From: Candidatus Hodarchaeota archaeon
Lineage (GTDB): Archaea > Asgardarchaeota > Heimdallarchaeia > Hodarchaeales > Hodarchaeaceae
Direction: 5' to 3'
Assembly (NCBI GenBank): GCA_016840035.1
Contig: JAEOTC010000019.1
Coordinates: 1-12,229, forward strand
Length of the DNA: 12,229 nt
The notes under the pieces are model-generated. The model was not told where the DNA came from and did no database searches. It saw only the letters and a program-made list of their open reading frames with translations. The position numbers were made by a program, and so were the translations under genes. How positions within the stretch are numbered: position 1 is the first letter of the stretch; the number at the start of each line of letters is the position of its first letter. This document shows positions 6,934 to 12,229 of the stretch, piece by piece.

Positions 6934-8496
6934 ATGGTCGAAAAAAATTATCCGAGTATTTTTAACGATGTTATAGGCCCAATTATGAGGGGACCGTCTA
7001 GTTCTCATTGTGCAGCTTCTATTCGTATTGGGAGAATGGCAAGAGATTTGATGGATGGGAATATTCTAGAAGTATTAATAGAATTTGATCCAACAGGTTC
7101 ATTAGCAACAACACATGACAGTCAAGGATCAGATATGGGTCTTTGTGGAGGCTTTCTCGGTTGGAAGGCCTATGATGAGAGACTAGTGAATTATACAAAA
7201 GCAATAGAAGAAGCAGGAATCACAATAAAGATAGAAATTACTGAGATTAGTGTTAAACATCCTAACACCTATAAATTGACACTCACGAATGAGAAAGATA
7301 GCCATGAAATAATAGCTATATCTACTGGTGGAGGGATGGTAGAAATCATTGAAATCGATCGTATGAAGGTTTCAATGTTAGGAGACTATTACGAAACATT
7401 AATCTATACTAAAGAGTCTAAAGTTTTGGAATATTTGACGAATTTAAATTTTACTGACAAAATTATCAGCTTTCAAGAAGGAGACACTTATGTTATTGAA
7501 ATCAAAAGTCAGAAATTTTTAGAAAAGAGTGTCAAAGATTTCATTATTTCCAATTTTAGGAATTTAAGAATCAAGGAAATACGTCCAGTCTTGCCGATTC
7601 TTTCACACAGGGAAATGATTGTTCCATATTCAACTTCTGAAGAGATGTTAAAATTCAATGAGAATAAAAATTGGGATCTATGGAAATTAGCAGTACACTA
7701 TGAAAGTATCAGAGGTAATATTTCTTACGAAGAAGTTTTCAATAAAATGAAGCAAATCTACATAGTTATGAAGACATCGATATATGAGGGAATAAAGGGT
7801 ACTGATTTCATTGATAGAATTTTGGGTTATCAATCGGGAGATTTCAAAATGCACATGGAAAACGGGAACCTCCTCGATACTGGTATCCTGAATCAAATAA
7901 TTTTGTATATTACTGCTATGATGGAAATTAAAAGCTCAATGGGGGTGATAGTTGCTGCTCCAACTGCTGGTGCGTGTGGTACTATTCCAGGAACTTTGAT
8001 AGGAGCAGGCAGTGTAATGAAGTTATCTGAGGAGGAAATAGTTCGAGCAATGCTTGCAGCAGGTCTGATAGGTATATTTATATCTGAATCAGGAACTTTT
8101 TCTGCTGAAGTAGGCGGTTGTCAAGCTGAATGTGGATCAGCTTCTGGAATGGCGGCTGCAGGACTGGTAACTTTAGCTCATGGTACTACGCAACAAGCTA
8201 TTGATGCTGCAGCCATGGCTTTGCAAAATAGTTTCGGGATGGTCTGTGATCCAGTAGCTAATAGGGTGGAAGTACCATGCTTAGGGAAAAATGTAATGGC
8301 TGCAAGCAATGCAGTAGCCTGTGCAAATATGGCTTTAGCAAATTACGATGTAGTTGTTCCTTTAGAAGAAGTCCTCAAGGCTATGGATCAGGTAGGTAGA
8401 AGTATTGCGCATGAATTACGATGCACTGCTTTAGGTGGCTTATCAATAACAAAAACTTCGAAAAAAATCGAAGAGAGGCTTAGAATCAAGCAGTAG
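6934..8496 (+). CDS. sdaA: Iron-sulfur-dependent L-serine dehydratase (L-serine ammonia-lyase), fused beta and alpha domains
   Basis: Beta domain SIFNDVIGPIMRGPSSSH, HPNT, STGGG; alpha domain IVAAPTAGACG, AEVGGCQAECG and GMVCDPVANRVEVPCLGKN (three Fe-S cysteines), LRCTALGGL. GGTGA SD at 6923-6927. Confidence 0.92.
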   Translation: MVEKNYPSIFNDVIGPIMRGPSSSHCAASIRIGRMARDLMDGNILEVLIEFDPTGSLATTHDSQGSDMGLCGGFLGWKAYDERLVNYTKAIEEAGITIKIEITEISVKHPNTYKLTLTNEKDSHEIIAISTGGGMVEIIEIDRMKVSMLGDYYETLIYTKESKVLEYLTNLNFTDKIISFQEGDTYVIEIKSQKFLEKSVKDFIISNFRNLRIKEIRPVLPILSHREMIVPYSTSEEMLKFNENKNWDLWKLAVHYESIRGNISYEEVFNKMKQIYIVMKTSIYEGIKGTDFIDRILGYQSGDFKMHMENGNLLDTGILNQIILYITAMMEIKSSMGVIVAAPTAGACGTIPGTLIGAGSVMKLSEEEIVRAMLAAGLIGIFISESGTFSAEVGGCQAECGSASGMAAAGLVTLAHGTTQQAIDAAAMALQNSFGMVCDPVANRVEVPCLGKNVMAASNAVACANMALANYDVVVPLEEVLKAMDQVGRSIAHELRCTALGGLSITKTSKKIEERLRIKQ

Positions 8497-8546
8497 TTCA
8501 GGATCACGATTAGTTTCCATCATTTATATTGGGAGGATCAAGAAGT

Positions 8547-8578
8547 AGAGTGAGAATTTAGATGAAATTTCTCACTCT
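8547..8578. terminator. Hairpin between convergent genes, possible terminator or 3'-end structure
   Basis: Perfect 10-bp inverted repeat AGAGTGAGAA (8547-8556) / TTCTCACTCT (8569-8578); the right arm contains the stop codon of the minus-strand gene. Confidence 0.5.
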
Positions 8579-8964
8579 GTAACTTCATCTATGACTGGAA
8601 AAACAAGTATTCTGATTCCACTGCCAATCGACCCACCCAAAAATCCGAAAAGTGCTCCTATCGTAAAAATTAGCAGGATTATTACTATTCCTACCCCACT
8701 GGAGTCAGTGAGTAGTTGGCCAAGTTGATCTGCTTGCAGGTATAGATCATTCATTGAAAAGATAGAAGCCAATAACCAAGCGAAAATGATACCTAAAGCA
8801 CCAGACACCGCCCCCCATTTCATTTCTACGCAAAACAATCCCCCAATTATTGCAGGAAATAGGTTTAATGGCCAGTAAGAAGTTGTAATTATAATTAAAT
8901 CGAGGAGAAAGCATAATATGATCGCTACGATTGGTGAATATTTGTTAAATTGTTCTAAATCCAT
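8572..8964 (-). CDS. Small glycine-rich membrane protein (about 4 TM), coupled to the acylase gene
   Basis: 130 aa, hydrophobic, GxxxG-rich last helix GALFGFLGGSIGSG. The ATG directly abuts the acylase stop (GGAGGAGAT-TAA-ATG) with an SD inside the upstream gene. Confidence 0.85.
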   Translation of the reverse strand: MDLEQFNKYSPIVAIILCFLLDLIIITTSYWPLNLFPAIIGGLFCVEMKWGAVSGALGIIFAWLLASIFSMNDLYLQADQLGQLLTDSSGVGIVIILLIFTIGALFGFLGGSIGSGIRILVFPVIDEVTE

Positions 8965-11589
8965 TTAATCTCCTCCTGGTTTGAAAATGATTGTTGATTC
9001 AACTTCTATTCTACTTAATATCTTTTCTGGGGTATCTAGATCAAAATGAGTATAGTGATATTCCCCATTGAGAAATAATTGTTCAAGTTGATCCGTATAA
9101 TGTTTTGACGTAGATATACCACGTTGTCCTGAAGGAAGAACTGAAAGTGAATTGCTAAAATTGGCAAAATCAATAATCATCCGTTCAGAAGCTCCTCCTC
9201 GAGCAGATCGTCGTTTTATGATTCCACCGACAAGATTATCCGTCCCAGAAGGATTAAGAGTGACCCCTGTTCCATCCCCTGGGAATGGTCCCGCATTAAA
9301 AGGTAATAATCCTGAAATATGCCAGAAAAATAGCTGATGAATTTCTCCCCAGATCCACTCAGTTATATCTTCTGTTTCAAAATACTCTACTAATGCATTT
9401 AATGCTATATGAAATGCCTGCAAAATAATATCATCCCTAGTCTCAATATTCAATGTAGTACCATTGTCAAACCACTTCGATGTTTCATTTTCTCGCGTGA
9501 ATTTTTCCAAAACTGCCCATGAAGGTGATTGTGAGAGATTATACTTCTCTATCTCATCACCAAAGGTAGCTGTATCATAAGCCTCAAACCAAATGTTAAA
9601 TATGGTCGGTGCAACCTCATCTTTATCCATAACAAAATCCCATGAGGATAATTGATCATAAACTGATTGCTGTAACGGGGTAAGAGAAGATAGAGAATCT
9701 AGAACATTTAAAAAGTAGGGAGTGAAATTTCCGGCACGAACGCTGTACACATCCAACTGGAATGCCTTCATATCATCTATGGTAATGGAATCATCAGAGG
9801 CTAGAAGGTTATTGAGTCTTCTGGCACGGTATCCCATTGCCGTGCCAGCTTGATTAATAATTGCAATATTTGGATAGTCAGGGCCAGCTATTATTTGATT
9901 TGCGGAGCAGAGATATCCTTGTGAAGGATTTTCTGCATGTGGTAATTCCTCAAATGGTAGATAACCTATCCATTCTCCTTGTCCAGCAGAACCATTATAC
10001 ATCATAGCACCCCCACCTGGATTCCATGATGGAATACCGGTATCATTTCTAATGGGAACTTTTGCATTTGGTCTGATCCCAATATTTCCATGAATATCTG
10101 CATACACAATGTTTAATGGTAACATTTCCATATAACGTGAGGCCTCATCAAATTCCTGTGCTGTTTCTGCGTGTAAATAGCCCCAGATGGCAAGATAATC
10201 CCGTGTTACATTTTGTGCAACCCATTTACAGGCAATTGCTAGATCCGAAAATTCATCTGGAGTAGGCACTAAATCAGTAAAAACTGGCCCATGAACCGTA
10301 GATTTTATTGTAAAAGTTTCAGGGGACTGCCCTCTTACGGGAATAGTCACCTCCATTGTTTCATACTCCATGACTTGATCTTTGTACCAATAATGGGATT
10401 CATCAATTGTATTATAATAATACCAATCGATCATATCAAACATAGCGATGGTATTGGCCCATCCAATGTACCTAGTATTACCAGTAATCGGAAAAGGTAT
10501 TCCAGGAAAGCATAATCCATAAGCATTAAAATCTGAGGTAATATCCACTAAATGGGCCTCATACCATATTCCTGGGAGTGGCCATCCTGCGTGCATGTCA
10601 GTTGCAAGCATCGGTTTGCCAGTAGAAGTCTTATTCCCTGAAACGGCCCAGTTATTTGAACCCAAGATACTCCCACCTGAAATAACTGATTCACGTTCTA
10701 AACGTTCTTTCTCTTGTGGAAATTTCTCTAGGTTTTTTTGAAAAGCATTTGTTAACTGAGCAACACGAAATTCAGCATTAGTATCAAAATCCTCTTCTAA
10801 TGACGTAGAAATCGTAGAAGGATAGGAAACATCATCATATTCTCCATATCCAGGAGTAACTGGTATCTGGTAAGGAAAAGGATAAGCGAATAATTCGGTA
10901 TAATCCTCAAGTCCTAGAGCATTTACTACCTCAAATCTATCCATATCATAGTAATTCCATGTAAAATACTCTGAAAGGTATTTTACCATACATAAACTAT
11001 CAATCATTTCCCACGGACGAATTTCGGCATCAAGAAGATAGTACTCAACGGGTTTGGTATCATAATGTTCCGTAAGATATAAATTCACCCCTGCTGTGTA
11101 CAAGATAAAGTCATCATACATTTCTTGGATATCAGGATCATCGCTTGAAGCTAAAACTTTCAGAGTTTCATTTGCCCAGTATTCTTCAAGCTTCATGAGA
11201 TTAAATTTGTCTTGTTCCAACATTTCAGGCCCTAAAAGTTCTGAAAGCAGTCCACGCACACTTCTCCGCGCCATATCCATTTCAAACCATCGGTCTTGTG
11301 CATGGCAATAACCCAGTGCAAAAACGAGATCCCCAAAGGCAGACCCATAAATATGCGGGATTCCCCACTCATCACGGTAAACTTTTACCTCATCCGAAAG
11401 TCCTGAGTAAGTTATCTCTTCAAAACTAGCGATTTCTTGAGGAACGTTCCAAATTCCGTTACCAGGTAAGAGTAATGAACCTAAAGGAGGAATCATATCT
11501 ATTGGTACAAGTAAACTTACTATCAATACCGTAGAAAATCCTCCCGCAGCTAAAACTTTGATTAAAGCATTTCTCTGGCTTTTTAACAT
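8965..11589 (-). CDS. Penicillin acylase family (peptidase S45, Ntn-hydrolase) precursor with N-terminal membrane anchor or signal
   Basis: RDEWGIPHIYG, ALGYCHAQDRWFEMD, autoproteolysis site G|S311NNW (Ser codon at 10657-10659), STVHGP, SANQ (oxyanion Asn), GYRARR, PSGQRG...HYTDQ. Confidence 0.95.
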   Translation of the reverse strand: MLKSQRNALIKVLAAGGFSTVLIVSLLVPIDMIPPLGSLLLPGNGIWNVPQEIASFEEITYSGLSDEVKVYRDEWGIPHIYGSAFGDLVFALGYCHAQDRWFEMDMARRSVRGLLSELLGPEMLEQDKFNLMKLEEYWANETLKVLASSDDPDIQEMYDDFILYTAGVNLYLTEHYDTKPVEYYLLDAEIRPWEMIDSLCMVKYLSEYFTWNYYDMDRFEVVNALGLEDYTELFAYPFPYQIPVTPGYGEYDDVSYPSTISTSLEEDFDTNAEFRVAQLTNAFQKNLEKFPQEKERLERESVISGGSILGSNNWAVSGNKTSTGKPMLATDMHAGWPLPGIWYEAHLVDITSDFNAYGLCFPGIPFPITGNTRYIGWANTIAMFDMIDWYYYNTIDESHYWYKDQVMEYETMEVTIPVRGQSPETFTIKSTVHGPVFTDLVPTPDEFSDLAIACKWVAQNVTRDYLAIWGYLHAETAQEFDEASRYMEMLPLNIVYADIHGNIGIRPNAKVPIRNDTGIPSWNPGGGAMMYNGSAGQGEWIGYLPFEELPHAENPSQGYLCSANQIIAGPDYPNIAIINQAGTAMGYRARRLNNLLASDDSITIDDMKAFQLDVYSVRAGNFTPYFLNVLDSLSSLTPLQQSVYDQLSSWDFVMDKDEVAPTIFNIWFEAYDTATFGDEIEKYNLSQSPSWAVLEKFTRENETSKWFDNGTTLNIETRDDIILQAFHIALNALVEYFETEDITEWIWGEIHQLFFWHISGLLPFNAGPFPGDGTGVTLNPSGTDNLVGGIIKRRSARGGASERMIIDFANFSNSLSVLPSGQRGISTSKHYTDQLEQLFLNGEYHYTHFDLDTPEKILSRIEVESTIIFKPGGD

Positions 11590-11747
11590 GGTAAGTACCT
11601 TTGTAAGACTTTTCGTCTTTGATGATAACCTAACTTTTATCCTTTTTGAGTAGAAAGACCTTTGGGTTGTGTCAGTGATAATCTAATATCTGCCAAAATA
11701 CTTGTAAAAGCAAAAGAGAATCGGAATATTAACGGTGAATGACTCAT

Positions 11748-11993
11748 ATGTCTCCAGAATCTCGTATTAATATGATTTTAGCGATATCCGCGCGACTCTT
11801 AGATATCAGTTTAATTTCCACCGTCATTTTCCTCGTTAACTTAGTCGTACAGTATTACCCTAATAAAATGTGTTTTGTTCACTCCCTTCTCAATCCTCTT
11901 TTCATACAAAATTATCTTCTCATATTTCTACTTGTCACATTAGGATATCTTTTTCGCTCTCTGTTTGCTCAACGAAATGTTCAGAGAATCTGA
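11748..11993 (+). CDS. Small 2-TM hypothetical membrane protein (about 81 aa)
   Basis: Two hydrophobic segments and a basic C-tail; GGTGA SD at 11734-11738, 9 nt before ATG 11748; fills the gap between neighbours without overlap. Confidence 0.55.
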   Translation: MSPESRINMILAISARLLDISLISTVIFLVNLVVQYYPNKMCFVHSLLNPLFIQNYLLIFLLVTLGYLFRSLFAQRNVQRI

Positions 11994-12006
11994 TACAAAA
12001 TATGCA

Positions 12007-12037
12007 CAATTCTAGATTGAGAATTGAACAAAAAGGA
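12007..12037 (-). terminator. T-tract plus 7-bp hairpin after the right-edge gene
   Basis: Minus strand reads TAA-TCCTTTTTGTT-CAATTCT-caatct-AGAATTG. Confidence 0.45.
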
Positions 12038-12229
12038 TTAATTGTCACTTATCTGTTTTTCTTTCCAATTAAGATAATTCTGATTCGACATGGTTAAGTA
12101 ATCGTCTTTGTCTACAAGTGGTTGACTGATAAACGCTAGATCTTCTCTATCCATCCGTCCATCTGAGATCAGAGTTTCACCGACAGATTCGATCTTTGAT
12201 AAGATGGCTAAATTCTTCTCTGTTTCCTG
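12038..12229 (-). CDS. 3' end of a gene entering from the right edge (absent from the ORF track), product unknown
   Basis: Open frame of 63 codons QETEKNLAILSKIESVGETLISDGRMDREDLAFISQPLVDKDDYLTMSNQNYLNWKEKQISDN-stop, followed directly by a T-tract. Confidence 0.7.
   Translation of the reverse strand, partial: QETEKNLAILSKIESVGETLISDGRMDREDLAFISQPLVDKDDYLTMSNQNYLNWKEKQISDN

Noticed and set aside
1176-8574. Selenocysteine or pyrrolysine read-through at TAG/TGA stops (1176, 2687, 8494, 8572)
   Set aside because: The proteins look complete at their stops, and in-frame extensions are short and motif-free. The TGA codons at 6813 and 6860 lie in a frameshifted remnant.
104-11311. Short alternative ORFs in the track (104..355, 809..997, 1421..1642, 1552..1800, 2180..2380, 7019..7204, 7687..7896, 9152..9337, 10291..10515, 11096..11311)
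   Set aside because: All lie inside longer, better-supported genes, antisense or out of frame, with no recognisable motifs. They look like shadow ORFs.
2687-11589. One catabolic or quorum-quenching pathway linking acylase, aminotransferase, ABC system and serine dehydratase
   Set aside because: The genes lie in separate, differently oriented transcription units, and the ABC system is exporter-type with no solute-binding protein.
11605-11619. AAGAC-N5-GTCTT palindrome upstream of the acylase
   Set aside because: Only 5-bp arms and I noticed no second copy, so it is compatible with chance.
11870-12097. 75-aa plus-strand ORF
   Set aside because: It overlaps both the 11748..11993 ORF and the minus-strand edge gene, crosses the putative terminator, and has no SD or motif.
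1-12229. tRNA, rRNA, CRISPR arrays, integrases, defence genes
   Set aside because: Intergenic gaps are short (under 180 nt) and AT-rich with no cloverleaf or repeat-spacer pattern, and no ORF shows such motifs.

Overview
AT-rich, gene-dense prokaryotic window. It is most consistent with an archaeon, probably Asgard/Heimdallarchaeia-like (inference from TATA-like boxes, GGTGA/GGAGG Shine-Dalgarno motifs, oligo-T trailers and protein style). Left to right: a possibly 5'-truncated DUF6159-like membrane protein (+); four minus-strand genes (2-TM protein with a PH-like tail, an unannotated 236-aa protein carrying protein-kinase-like catalytic motifs, a class I/II PLP aminotransferase, a small possibly PC4-like protein); an ICMT-family methyltransferase; an ABC-2 ATPase plus permease followed by a ~90-bp decayed copy of a permease 3' end; a fused beta-alpha Fe-S L-serine dehydratase; a translationally coupled penicillin-acylase-family/small membrane protein pair (-); a small 2-TM ORF; and the 3' end of a gene entering from the right edge. 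I saw no rRNA, tRNA, CRISPR array or transposase. Best leads: the minimal kinase-like protein and its neighbours, the hidden permease remnant, and recurring GAGAATT/AATTCTC hairpins at gene ends. All family calls are by-eye motif recognition, not database searches.
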